IMG/VR virus record: IMGVR_UViG_3300020438_000014
Span: 1 to 64,000 of that record
Direction: 5' to 3' (one strand)
DNA length: 64,000 nucleotides
DNA from: a virus
Positions within the stretch are counted from its first letter, which is position 1. Every line of letters starts with the position of its first letter. The translations under genes and the position numbers were made by a program. Under the pieces are notes generated by a model. It was not told where the DNA came from. It did not search any database and saw only the letters and a list, made by a program, of their open reading frames with translations. Shown piece by piece: positions 32,728 through 42,872 of the stretch.

Positions 32728-33297
32728 TTAGGAAAATTCAAACTTAACTATATAACATTGTATTGGTGAATCAGAAAAAATATCTTCAATCATAGCTTTT
32801 ATTATACCCCAATTACCTCCCGCAAGACCACAAGAGATGCCATAAGGCAAGCCAAGAACAGGTGGAGCGGAACCATCGTATTCATGCTTTGCCACATTCA
32901 TTTCGTAAAGGTCTTGCTCAACTCTTTTTAGTGCTTGCCAAAACTTTTCATAATGAACTTGTCTTGAGCCATCTCCAATACTTGCTTGGGTGTACATATT
33001 ATATATATAACCTTTGTCGTTGGGTAAAAATTTAGAGTTTATTTCGGCTTTAGAAAACTTGCCTAGCCAATGAACATACTGACCATCTTTATCGTATTCA
33101 GTATTAAAAGCCTTTGTGTCTGCCTCATATGCTTGAGGGTAACGATTCTTTATTTGCTTCGCAATTCCTCCTCCCATAATGTTTCGGGTATTACATGAAT
33201 GTGCAATGGCATTAATGCCTGTATATTTATCGGGATCGTCTTTGCAATATGGGGGAAAATCTAAAAGATTCCCGTCAATTGTTGTCACTTCGCTCAT
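32728..33297 (-). CDS. macrodomain (ADP-ribose processing) protein
   Basis: AHSCN...MGGGIAKQIK..YP, GISCGLAGGNW. Confidence 0.9.
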   Translation of the reverse strand: MSEVTTIDGNLLDFPPYCKDDPDKYTGINAIAHSCNTRNIMGGGIAKQIKNRYPQAYEADTKAFNTEYDKDGQYVHWLGKFSKAEINSKFLPNDKGYIYNMYTQASIGDGSRQVHYEKFWQALKRVEQDLYEMNVAKHEYDGSAPPVLGLPYGISCGLAGGNWGIIKAMIEDIFSDSPIQCYIVKFEFS

Positions 33298-33728
33298 TAG
33301 TTGTCTATAAAAATCTCTTCTTCTTTTTCGAAGGGCGCCACGATTTCTTCTTGATTCCTTATTTGCTTAGGGAACAGCCAGCCTTCTCCGCTATGAATTT
33401 CGGCGGTATCTTCGGGCTGCTCAAATTTTAGATTGAGAGTTTCTGCCAAATTCCGAGTTTCCTTGGGGCTTAGTTTAAGTTTTTTTCCGTCAACCCAAAT
33501 AGCATAAGGCATAGAGCCATTCAAATTGAATGGATGAGGAAGCCTGTTGATCTGAATCTCTTTATATTTCATTGCGAACAAGTCTAGGTCGGGCTCGAAA
33601 CTCGGTGCGGGAGGTATAAAATCCACTTTGGGAGGAGGCGGAGGGGCTTCAGGTAAGGTAGCTTCTTGAAGCTTGCTTGAGTTGCAGCCAGCTAGTAGAA
33701 TTATAGATAGTAGTATATTATATTTCAT
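33297..33728 (-). CDS. putative lipoprotein, Pro-rich
   Basis: LAGC lipobox. Confidence 0.6.
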   Translation of the reverse strand: MKYNILLSIILLAGCNSSKLQEATLPEAPPPPPKVDFIPPAPSFEPDLDLFAMKYKEIQINRLPHPFNLNGSMPYAIWVDGKKLKLSPKETRNLAETLNLKFEQPEDTAEIHSGEGWLFPKQIRNQEEIVAPFEKEEEIFIDN

Positions 33729-34039
33729 TTAAGTGTTGTTTTACGAATTTTTCTGCCTCAACAAAGGCTTCGGGGTGATACTTTTCGCACCACATTAATA
33801 CCCAAGCCTTTATGTACACCTGAGAAAGCTCTTCTTGAGATATATCTAGTTCATATTTTTGCATAAGTATATATGGTATCATAAATATTGAGGTTTGTAA
33901 AGAATAAAATTCTATTTTTTTTCGGATAAATGTAATTATATGTATATGATTCATCACGTTACAACAAAACAAATAATTTTATTGTTAGGAATCGCTTCTA
34001 TGTTGGCTATATTTTTCTGAAAATAGTGTAAGTAGTTTC

Positions 34040-34219
34040 ATGCCAAAAGAAGATATGCGCAAAGTCGTGCTCGATTTTTTGTATCGAGAATGTATGTCTA
34101 AATCGAAAGATATGTTCGTAATTAGGAGAAAAATGACATGCAAGCTAGAGGCTGGTCTTAAATATGACCATCTGTCTGATTCGGAAAAAAATAAAATTTA
34201 TAAAAAAATAAATAGCTAA
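34040..34219 (+). CDS. 59-aa hypothetical protein (not in ORF track)
   Basis: MPKEDMRKVV...KKINS; GTGTAA motif at 34026. Confidence 0.5.
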   Translation: MPKEDMRKVVLDFLYRECMSKSKDMFVIRRKMTCKLEAGLKYDHLSDSEKNKIYKKINS

Positions 34220-35970
34220 AACTCGCTCAACTGTTTAGATAAAAGATATATGCCTTTCCATCTAGAAATCCAGTTTTCTTCAATTTTATTCTCATCACAG
34301 TAAGGATTGAGTCGAAGTATAGCAGAAAGAGTTTCTATTTGTGCTTTTGGAAAATTTCTTGGTTTTATTCCTAGCCTAGTATATTCTTGCCAATTATTCC
34401 ATTTACCTTGAATATTAAGAGCGGTAAGAAGCTCTGCTTTCGGAGCCAATCCGTATGGAATGGATTCATTAAAGGTAATATTTGAAGTATGTTTAAATGC
34501 TAACTGGGGCTCTTGAGTTGGTAAATATTCCAACAATGTTTCGAATCCCTTGCAAAGTACAATTTGATTTGGAAGATCTCCGTCTTTAAGCCTCTTCTGC
34601 GGAATGGCAATATAATCTAAGTTTGAGGTGATGTTATTTACTATTTCATTAAATAATTTTTCAGTTAAAAAACTATTAGAATCAAGCGGAAAAGTCCAAT
34701 CATAATTATTTGCTTTGCCGTATTGTATCGCAAAATTTCTGCAAGAATTGTTATTAACTAAATATAAATTATGTTGAAACAACTGTTGAATTATAAAACC
34801 ATATCGTTCTTTAATTTGTTTTTCGGAAAGCCTTAAACCTTTATCAGTATCTCTCCAATGTAATTCCTGAAAGTATTCCCATGTCAGTTCTGAACTAATC
34901 TTAGGAAGCTGTTTAAAAGCTTCCCTGCAAAACGGAATTTCTGTGTAGTTTGCTTGATATGCTTCTAGTATGTTAATAATTTTTTGTTTTTTATCATCGC
35001 AAACAATTCTGTTTAAAATGAAAAGCTTATCTGTGTTATCAAAGTCTGGTTCTTCCTTAAGAGTGAACTCTAGATTTCGCAAGGTTTGCTCTTCTCCATG
35101 AAGCCCGCTCAAGTCATTACCGAGCATTCTGGTTATCAAATTTTTTTTTCTTTTTTTAATGATTTCCCAATTTTTTAATTGAAAACGGGCGCGCATTCTA
35201 TTCTTCTCGCAAAAATTTTTCCATGTGACGCTTCTATATTCAGCTCCCTCTATGTTCATAAGCTCCCTCCCGCTTATCTCTGTTGGTTCTTCAAGGAAGT
35301 CTTGAAGTTCAGCTCTTTTTTCGTCGCTCATAAAGTATTTCGATAAATAGTCTATATTATTCAGTTTGCATAAATCTAAAGTTTTTTGGGGTAATGGATT
35401 TATCACTGAAACTTCATCAAAAAGAGCATATCTATTTTTGGCAGCGTGACCCAATATTTGAATGTAATAAAAATCTAAACCCCAGCCAATAAGAGAATCG
35501 TCGTAGTGTTTCATAAATTTGTTTATAGCAAAGTTAGAAAATAGAGAGGTATTTATCTCCACAAAATTGACATATCTAAAAGACGCACTCTCATCTGTTT
35601 GAGTTAAAGCATGAGAAATTTTTCCGAAAGGCTTAAATGTTGGTCCACAAATCCAAGTTGATTGATCTCTTGCGAAATTAAACATTTTATTAATATCTTT
35701 ATAAGAATCAAAAATTATATCATCGTCTAAAATAAAAAATCTTTCATATTCATTTAACTCTGAATGGAACTCTTTCCATATGAGATTAAAATTCTGAAAC
35801 TTAGAACCCTTGGACTTTTTTATGAATTGAGTATACTGCTTGTAGTGATTGTATTTGTTTTCATCGTCACCATAATAGGTTGCCCAGATATCATAATTTT
35901 GATCTGACCCAATCCAGTTTGGCAGTTGGGCGGCATCTCCAATTGAGCTGAAAATTAAATTTTCTTTCAC
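34216..35970 (-). CDS. two-domain glycosyltransferase-like protein
   Basis: ILDDDI, FVEIN, GWGLD in N half; RNFAI..PLDSN in C half. Confidence 0.6.
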   Translation of the reverse strand: MKENLIFSSIGDAAQLPNWIGSDQNYDIWATYYGDDENKYNHYKQYTQFIKKSKGSKFQNFNLIWKEFHSELNEYERFFILDDDIIFDSYKDINKMFNFARDQSTWICGPTFKPFGKISHALTQTDESASFRYVNFVEINTSLFSNFAINKFMKHYDDSLIGWGLDFYYIQILGHAAKNRYALFDEVSVINPLPQKTLDLCKLNNIDYLSKYFMSDEKRAELQDFLEEPTEISGRELMNIEGAEYRSVTWKNFCEKNRMRARFQLKNWEIIKKRKKNLITRMLGNDLSGLHGEEQTLRNLEFTLKEEPDFDNTDKLFILNRIVCDDKKQKIINILEAYQANYTEIPFCREAFKQLPKISSELTWEYFQELHWRDTDKGLRLSEKQIKERYGFIIQQLFQHNLYLVNNNSCRNFAIQYGKANNYDWTFPLDSNSFLTEKLFNEIVNNITSNLDYIAIPQKRLKDGDLPNQIVLCKGFETLLEYLPTQEPQLAFKHTSNITFNESIPYGLAPKAELLTALNIQGKWNNWQEYTRLGIKPRNFPKAQIETLSAILRLNPYCDENKIEENWISRWKGIYLLSKQLSEF

Positions 35971-36812
35971 GAAAGCTCGCCCCAGTCTAGGTTTTTGTTT
36001 GATATCATTAATGAAATGTCATTAGTTTCTTGGAATTGATTTTTAATTTTTCTGGTAAGCTCTCTGTTTATAATCCGTGAACCATGAAGTTTGAAATAGT
36101 CCTCAAAATCAATGCCCAATGCTTTCGCTTTCTTTTTGTGAAATCCCAGAGCTGCGCTAAAATTTTCAAAATCTTTTTTAGAATTAATTGGTGGGACTGC
36201 AATTAATTTTGAATTTGAGTTTCTAGACTCGTCGTCATGTTGTATAATTGATTCGTCTTTTATATCGGGTGCGATTTCCAATATATTATCAAAATAATGC
36301 GTAAATCTGTAATAAAAATCTGAATCTTCGTGCCCCCAACCCTTCATTCGTTCATCAAATCCACCGATTTCTAGGAAATCTTTTTTTTCAAAAGCCATTC
36401 TTCCTCCTTTTCCTCCTTCTGCCTTTGGTCTAGATATTTTGTGTGAGTCGGGCTCTTGGTTAAAAAAAAGTAAATTTCGCTGAACGTAGCGCTTGGTTAA
36501 AAAATGATCCGCATCTAGTAGGCAGACAATATCCGCATCTGCATGCTTGCTTGTTATGTTTTTGGTATGAGCCTGTGAAAATTCTTGTGGGGTAGATGTG
36601 TGCAAATACTTAAGCGTCCCTTTTTGAATGTGGTTGGATAAATTCTCTTGCACCCACTCATGCATTCCATCTTGAGAATTATAATTTAACAAAACGAATT
36701 TTGAATTACGATCTACGCTTAATGCGGTTTCTATATTTTGCATATAAGTTTGACTCAAATGGTTGAGTCTGCCCATACAACTAGTACCAAAAGATATTGA
36801 GTTATAAGCCAT
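35967..36812 (-). CDS. GT2/GT7-like glycosyltransferase
   Basis: LLDAD, GGFDERMKGWGHED. Confidence 0.85.
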   Translation of the reverse strand: MAYNSISFGTSCMGRLNHLSQTYMQNIETALSVDRNSKFVLLNYNSQDGMHEWVQENLSNHIQKGTLKYLHTSTPQEFSQAHTKNITSKHADADIVCLLDADHFLTKRYVQRNLLFFNQEPDSHKISRPKAEGGKGGRMAFEKKDFLEIGGFDERMKGWGHEDSDFYYRFTHYFDNILEIAPDIKDESIIQHDDESRNSNSKLIAVPPINSKKDFENFSAALGFHKKKAKALGIDFEDYFKLHGSRIINRELTRKIKNQFQETNDISLMISNKNLDWGELS

Positions 36813-36848
36813 TATGTGCCTTAAACGATATGGATGTATACTTTTGTA

Positions 36849-38594
36849 TCATATATCTCCGTTGAGAAGTAGATAAGTTAAGTATGCGACAATTTTACAT
36901 TTTAAGTCAAAATCAACTTCAGACTTTGACTCTTCAAATATTAAATGCATATTTTCTTTTATAAACCAATGCATATTGCTATTTTCGCTCAATTGCATTT
37001 CGCCTGCAATCATGTTTGAAACTGCCTGCCACACATTTCTTTTGATAAACCAACCTTGATTTAATCTGGACTCTTGGACAAAATGAAATACTTCAGAGTT
37101 TGGGGTGTACATTGAGAAATAATTTTTTCTGATTTTTTTAGCAAGATCATCTTCTTCACCGCTCAATAAGCTGTCAGTTCCGCCTTTCCGCCCCAAGGAT
37201 TTGTTGAAACCCCCAGCTTTTCGAGCATATTCTGTTCTGAAGCATATGTTTGTGCCAACCAACCATATTGGAAATTCACATTCATTTAAAAATAAATCTT
37301 TTTCAGAAAAATCACACATGGAAAGATTGTGGAGCTGTTCATTACTGAGCCAACTAGGGCGATCTAATTCTCCCCAGTCTGGTGTAACTTTTCCTCCTAC
37401 AACCCCAATATCGGGAGAGACAAATTTAGAAACCATGTTTGTTACAGAATTGGGTTGCAGTATTGCATCGTCATCTATAAAGTAGATTAAGTCTGTGCTG
37501 CACAAATTCAAACACTCGTTTCGAGCTCCAGAAAGACCATTGGTGGTTTTGTGATAGTATTCTGCTCCAGACCTAGTATTAATCGACTGATTTTCAGCAA
37601 TATTAGCTTCCCAAAAATTTTTGTTATAATTTGCTACTAATTGTTTTATTGCACAATTATTCAGTAATTTCTTAGGAGTATTATCTACTATTAGAATCTT
37701 ATATTCATAATCTCCTAATTGATTCGTGCAAGAAATAAAAGCCTTCTCCAGTAGTTCATAATTATTGTAAGTGCAAATACAAACTGTGATTGATGGATTT
37801 TTTCTCCAATATTCAAACCTCCAAGAATTAAATAATTCTTGAATCTTTGTTTCTTTTTTTTCATAAAAATTTTCAGAATTTATTAAGCGATCTTTTTGGG
37901 GTTTTAGATGTAAGTCTATAATTGGCTTCAGTTTATAGTTGAGCCTGCACCAATCACTAACAAGACTTGAACAGCAGTACATAGCAAAAGTATTAACTGG
38001 GGAAGATATATTGTTTTTATGCATCCAATCAAATTCAGGGTTTTGTTGAATAACTCTTTCAAAGTTGGGTTTTTCAGAAAAAACTAAAGAATTAGAATGT
38101 GACTGCTTGGAGGGATCAATTTTGAGCAACGGAGCATTGTCAAGTGTTAATTCAATTAGTTTGGTTGCCCCCATGTAACTTACAACATAAGCCTCAAGCC
38201 CTTTCCAATTATTTTTTCCAAGATGCATGAATTCAATTGATTCTTGCAAGTCTGGATTTTCAAGCAAAAATTGAACAACATCGCTTAAAACCACATCCTC
38301 TTCAAGAATTAATGCGAAATCAAGTTTTTGCTCTATAACTTGCTGCCACGCGAAAAAATGGCTTAGGTAACAACCTGAAGCGCCTGGATTTTCGGAAAAA
38401 TAAAGCTTGTTTGTTATCCCTACGGGATTTAAATTTAAGCCAAAGTCTTTTAATGGTGATAAACTTTTTCTAGTATCTATAGCATCAATACGTTCTAATT
38501 CTAAGCCGTCGGGAAGAAGGGAAAAAACGTTCTGAGCTTTTATCCATGGCTCAGGATTATCCTTTAAATTTATAAAAAATATTTTAAAATTCAT
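36849..38594 (-). CDS. GT25-GT2 fusion glycosyltransferase
   Basis: FINL, GCYLSH, ILEEDV; then ICTYN, VDN, GLSGARN, FIDDDA. Confidence 0.85.
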   Translation of the reverse strand: MNFKIFFINLKDNPEPWIKAQNVFSLLPDGLELERIDAIDTRKSLSPLKDFGLNLNPVGITNKLYFSENPGASGCYLSHFFAWQQVIEQKLDFALILEEDVVLSDVVQFLLENPDLQESIEFMHLGKNNWKGLEAYVVSYMGATKLIELTLDNAPLLKIDPSKQSHSNSLVFSEKPNFERVIQQNPEFDWMHKNNISSPVNTFAMYCCSSLVSDWCRLNYKLKPIIDLHLKPQKDRLINSENFYEKKETKIQELFNSWRFEYWRKNPSITVCICTYNNYELLEKAFISCTNQLGDYEYKILIVDNTPKKLLNNCAIKQLVANYNKNFWEANIAENQSINTRSGAEYYHKTTNGLSGARNECLNLCSTDLIYFIDDDAILQPNSVTNMVSKFVSPDIGVVGGKVTPDWGELDRPSWLSNEQLHNLSMCDFSEKDLFLNECEFPIWLVGTNICFRTEYARKAGGFNKSLGRKGGTDSLLSGEEDDLAKKIRKNYFSMYTPNSEVFHFVQESRLNQGWFIKRNVWQAVSNMIAGEMQLSENSNMHWFIKENMHLIFEESKSEVDFDLKCKIVAYLTYLLLNGDI

Positions 38595-38836
38595 TGACTA
38601 TCAATTACACGAATTATGATAGGCGATTGCTTGCTTTTGTCTAATTCTTTGATATATTCTGGCCAAAAAAAATAAAATGCATCGTTGTCTCCGTTGGCCA
38701 AGGCAGACTTTAATTCTTCCGCATAGATCTTAAGCCAATCTCTTTGATCTTCACGAAAAAAAGTATCAGAAACTTGAGGGCTGGGCTTATGTGCACAGCC
38801 GTTTACAAAAAACAGAAGCAATAAAAGTGTTCGCAC
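38591..38836 (-). CDS. putative lipoprotein
   Basis: VNGC lipobox-like; similar to 15194-15508. Confidence 0.55.
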   Translation of the reverse strand: MRTLLLLLFFVNGCAHKPSPQVSDTFFREDQRDWLKIYAEELKSALANGDNDAFYFFWPEYIKELDKSKQSPIIIRVIDSQ

Positions 38837-39576
38837 ACATAATGTTACACTTTGTTTTATTCATCAAAAGTATATTCGTCCATATCTTTTTTTATGGCTT
38901 CATATATCTTATATAATAAATCTTTTTGTGTGTTATATTGTTCGTAAGCATAACACCAGCTTTTTTGATTATGATCTTCTTCTTTCGGGTACTCTATTTC
39001 TCTGTCGAAGTCTCTAAGAATGCGTAGGGAACTAGAGTACCCCGATTGCATTCCGCTATTATATTCGTCGTGCGCCACTATTTTTTAAATTTATTGTCTA
39101 TCCACACTTTGTAGGTATAGAGGGCCATCAACATGAATGTTAGAAGTAGTCCGTCTGCCCATGATAGATCCCATAATTCTTTTAATTCACTCATTTATTA
39201 GTTCTTTTTTTATAAATTCAATTTGTCTTTCTACATCCTTGATTTCTGAAAGTATTCTTTTTTTATTTTTCTTTCTTGGTTTATTTACTGCAAATAAAAG
39301 CTCCAAAGAAAGCTCAAGGATTTCTTCGGAGCATTTTAGAAAAAGATCTCTCTGATAATCAGAGAGACTCATCTGGGTTTTTGGATAAATCTATTCCTTT
39401 GCACTCGCAGTAGGCAACTGAGTATCCGATTTTATAATTAAATCTTTCCATGAAAAACATTAACCCTAGGATAATGTATGGCTCCATCTTCATATAACCG
39501 AAGTTATAGAAGAGGAGAAACCCTACAATTAGCCACGGGCAAAACTTGTTAGCGGCATAATTAACTATTGTTAGAT

Positions 39577-39825
39577 TCACGATGCCCTAGTGAGCGAAAC
39601 AATTCTGTCGTGCCTAAAAGACCTGACTTCATTTCGCGCGAAACAAAATGCTTTAAATCCAATATTGTTTCTAACTTCACCCTTGTTTCCGAAAGATTCA
39701 GATAGATCTGGTCTTCCGATTTCATATGTCTTGACTTCGCTGTCGGCGTTCTTGTATACGATAAAATATCTTTGATTTTCGTTTTTCATATTTTTACTTT
39801 TTGATTTTCTTGTAATATTAAACAT
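39577..39825 (-). CDS. stand-alone WYL-like domain protein
   Basis: AFCFARNEVRSFRHDRI. Confidence 0.6.
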   Translation of the reverse strand: MFNITRKSKSKNMKNENQRYFIVYKNADSEVKTYEIGRPDLSESFGNKGEVRNNIGFKAFCFARNEVRSFRHDRIVSLTRAS

Positions 39826-39863
39826 GAGACTATTATACTATATATAGTCTTTAATGTCAAGCA

Positions 39864-40304
39864 TTAATTTCCAGTACTACCAAATCCTCCTTCGCCTCTA
39901 TCAGAGGACTCAAGATCATCTACCTCTTCGATTTCAACCCAAGGAAGCTTTACTATTACTAATTGAGCTATTCTGTCTCCAGTGTGATAGCACGGCGCCC
40001 CAAGATGGGGAATGCTCATCCTAATTTTAATTTCTCCTCTATAGCCCGAATCAATAACTCCTACAGAGTTCTTGAGGAAGTGATCTGTCTTAGATATACT
40101 AGAGCGAGGAAACAGCAATCCCACATATCCTTCGGGGACTTGCATTGCGAGTCCCGTTCCGTACTCCCAATAACCCGATTCTTTTTTTAATGAAATTGCA
40201 GTCAAGTCCATTCCCGCGTCACCTTTTTTTGTGTAGCTAGGGAGCTTTGCTGTCGAAAAAATTTTTTTGAATTTGAGTTTTATTTGATTCTTACTTCTTT
40301 CCAT
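39864..40304 (-). CDS. dut: dUTPase
   Basis: AGMDL, PRSS, GVIDSGYRGEI, RIAQL, RGEGGFGSTG. Confidence 0.97.
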   Translation of the reverse strand: MERSKNQIKLKFKKIFSTAKLPSYTKKGDAGMDLTAISLKKESGYWEYGTGLAMQVPEGYVGLLFPRSSISKTDHFLKNSVGVIDSGYRGEIKIRMSIPHLGAPCYHTGDRIAQLVIVKLPWVEIEEVDDLESSDRGEGGFGSTGN

Positions 40305-40846
40305 GATACTAATTTTTGGTTAACTAAATCTCTTATGTGTCTTTGCTTACTGCTTAATTGAGCGTTGCCACTTTTAACTTCTATAAATGTAATCTCATCA
40401 TCACCAAAAGAAACGTAATCTATGGGCTTACCCATGAAGCAACAATTTTCTGGATCAAAATCAAACTGATCTAAGAATGGAGCAAGAGTCTCTGCGATAT
40501 GACCTAATCTAACTTCACCGCTTTTCTTTTGTGATAAAACTTTTTTACGTTGTTCGGTTTCTTGTTTTAATTTTTCTTCGGTATCAGATAGTTGTTGCTC
40601 AAGCTGCTTGGAATGCAATCGCTCGTCTTCAAGAAATTCTCTGCTAATTTTTGCATGATTTTCTGAATCGGCTTTGTTCGTGCGCTCTTCTTCGACTGCA
40701 AGTTCCAGCCTCCAAGTTTTTTCTTTAAGCTTTCTGACTTCAGAAGCTTCTTTATTCTTTAAGTCTTTTATATAAAATAAAAGAATAATAATGCCAATGA
40801 ATAAGACTCCTTCTAACATATAGTGATGATAATTTAAATTAAACAT
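40280..40846 (-). CDS. Holliday junction resolvase-like endonuclease with N-terminal TM helix and coiled coil
   Basis: GHIAETLAPF, GKPIDYV, FIEVKSG. Confidence 0.8.
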   Translation of the reverse strand: MFNLNYHHYMLEGVLFIGIIILLFYIKDLKNKEASEVRKLKEKTWRLELAVEEERTNKADSENHAKISREFLEDERLHSKQLEQQLSDTEEKLKQETEQRKKVLSQKKSGEVRLGHIAETLAPFLDQFDFDPENCCFMGKPIDYVSFGDDEITFIEVKSGNAQLSSKQRHIRDLVNQKLVSWKEVRIK

Positions 40847-41271
40847 TCTTCAACATCAATCGCTGCTTTTTTTAGCAAGTCTATTCCATTAGAATTTTTG
40901 TACAACTCTGCGTATATTACTCTTTTGATTCCAGCTTGTATAATTAGTTTCGCGCACTCCAAGCAGGGTGACGCAGTTGTGTATAGCGTTGCCAGGTCGC
41001 TAGACTGGGTTGACTTGGCGAGTTTGGTTATAGCATTACTCTCTGCGTGAAGAACTTCTGGCTTGGTTACCTTATGGGTAAAACAAAGCTTTGGGTCTTG
41101 ATGCTCGCATTGATTATCGAAGCCTCTTGGTGTGCCATTATATCCATCAGATATAATCATTTCATCTTTTACAATCAAGCATCCTACTTTTTTTCTTTTA
41201 GCCTTGGAGAGTTGCGCCCACTCAAGGGCCATTTTTAAGTATGTCTTGTCTAGAGAGTGTGGGTCAGGCAT
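40834..41271 (-). CDS. dCMP deaminase
   Basis: GYNGTP, HAESNA, PCLEC. Confidence 0.92.
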   Translation of the reverse strand: MPDPHSLDKTYLKMALEWAQLSKAKRKKVGCLIVKDEMIISDGYNGTPRGFDNQCEHQDPKLCFTHKVTKPEVLHAESNAITKLAKSTQSSDLATLYTTASPCLECAKLIIQAGIKRVIYAELYKNSNGIDLLKKAAIDVEECLI

Positions 41272-41755
41272 TCTTTTTCCAGAGCTGAAAAGATTTTAGC
41301 TTTTTTAAGTCTTGAACGTTAACTTGAGAAGTTTCTTCTTTTTTTTCAGCCCTTTTGTATATCCTGTACTTTGCGAGCTTTGCGAGGCTAACGAATGGAA
41401 GATCATACCTAATTTTATTAGCTGCTCCAAGCCAAGAAACTAATTCTTTTCTGTTGACTATGATAAAATCGTCAAACCTCTCGAAGGCTATAAAATGTGC
41501 GTCACCGTGAATCCATCCAGATCCCCCTTTTGCATTCTTGAATTCAATCCAAAGCCAATCGTCATTTTTCTTTTTATTTTTGACTTTTTTAACATCGAAT
41601 CTAAGCATTAAGGGTTTACCCTCTTTGCCTTTACCCTTTAAAATGTGAGATACATTCCTAAACTTTCTTCTCGGGGCTTTTTCTGGAGAATATCCCTTTG
41701 ATTTCGCAATCTCTTCGAAAGGAGAGAGATTTTTCTGTCGCGTTGAGTCTAACAC
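41264..41755 (-). CDS. PD-(D/E)XK-like phage protein
   Basis: FDVKK...WIEFKN..G..GW. Confidence 0.5.
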   Translation of the reverse strand: MLDSTRQKNLSPFEEIAKSKGYSPEKAPRRKFRNVSHILKGKGKEGKPLMLRFDVKKVKNKKKNDDWLWIEFKNAKGGSGWIHGDAHFIAFERFDDFIIVNRKELVSWLGAANKIRYDLPFVSLAKLAKYRIYKRAEKKEETSQVNVQDLKKLKSFQLWKKNA

Positions 41756-41942
41756 TATCTTATCCTTGATGGACTATCTGTGTGGACAACCTCAACTTTT
41801 CTTTGGTCTGGGTCTTTCCACTTCTTTAGAACTTTTACTAATTGCTCAGCTCTTTTTTGTGCTTCTTCTTCGGTGCTGTAATTTTCTTCTTCGATTCTTC
41901 GCTTGTTTCTTGTTACTACATAAACGCTTTTTTTATTTTTCA

Positions 41943-42872
41943 TTAAGATATTGATTTAATTAATTGTTTTCCGTTGTTTGTGATTTTTCTTTCTCCGTCG
42001 ATTTGCATAAAATTTCTTCTAAGAAGATACACTTCATGATCTCTCCTGAGAGCAGTAGGGCTCAATCCAGTTACTGCAGAAAGAGTTTGTAGCTTGCAGC
42101 TTCCTCTCTTTGATAGTATTTCTAGAATTTGCCTTTCCGTACATGTTATTCCAAATGGTAAAATTCCAAGTAGATCTGTCAACTGCAAGTAGTCTTTTTC
42201 TTCAAAAGTGTTCTGATTTTCTGACTCACAGTAAAGAATTATTTCTTTCGAGCGCATGACTGCATTCCTCGCATTTCCTCTGACTGTAGTAGAAAGCATT
42301 TCTATAGACTCATCTGAAAAATTAATTCCTTCGCAGTTAAGCTTAATAATATCTCCAAGATTATCTTTCGAGTAAGGCTCAAAATCTACAGTGGTAAGCC
42401 TATCCTTAAGTGGAGGGAAAAGCTTATCGCTCTCAGTTGTTGCAAAAATGAATGTTTGTTTCGTGAAATCAAATGTAAACGTCTGATCCTCAAATACGAA
42501 TTCTTTTGAGTTGGTCTTCTCTGTATTAAAAATAGTCAGGAAAGCCATTGTTAGGTCTTTTGGTAGGGCATGAGCCTCATCAAAAAGAATAGTTATCTCG
42601 TTATTCATAATAATCGGAATAAAAATTTGTTCAAAGAATTGCCTATTGTTTTTGATTGTTGAACAGTTGAGTTCAAGGAAGGGTCTCTTGCTTCCGTCTG
42701 AATTATGAAGATGCTTTGCAAACTCTTTAGCAAAAAGAGTCTTGCCTAAGCCTTTGGCTCCAACGAGATTGAGGAATGGGCATACGCTCGTAGCTTTATA
42801 TGCTTTTATATAGAAGTTAAGCTTCTTCTTTACGTTGCCTTGGCCTATAAGGTGTTCGAAATAATTATTCAT
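41943..42872 (-). CDS. ruvB: RuvB-like AAA+ ATPase
   Basis: LIGQ, GAKGLGKT, DEAH, FATTE, PLKDR, C-terminal winged helix E.YL. Confidence 0.8.
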   Translation of the reverse strand: MNNYFEHLIGQGNVKKKLNFYIKAYKATSVCPFLNLVGAKGLGKTLFAKEFAKHLHNSDGSKRPFLELNCSTIKNNRQFFEQIFIPIIMNNEITILFDEAHALPKDLTMAFLTIFNTEKTNSKEFVFEDQTFTFDFTKQTFIFATTESDKLFPPLKDRLTTVDFEPYSKDNLGDIIKLNCEGINFSDESIEMLSTTVRGNARNAVMRSKEIILYCESENQNTFEEKDYLQLTDLLGILPFGITCTERQILEILSKRGSCKLQTLSAVTGLSPTALRRDHEVYLLRRNFMQIDGERKITNNGKQLIKSIS

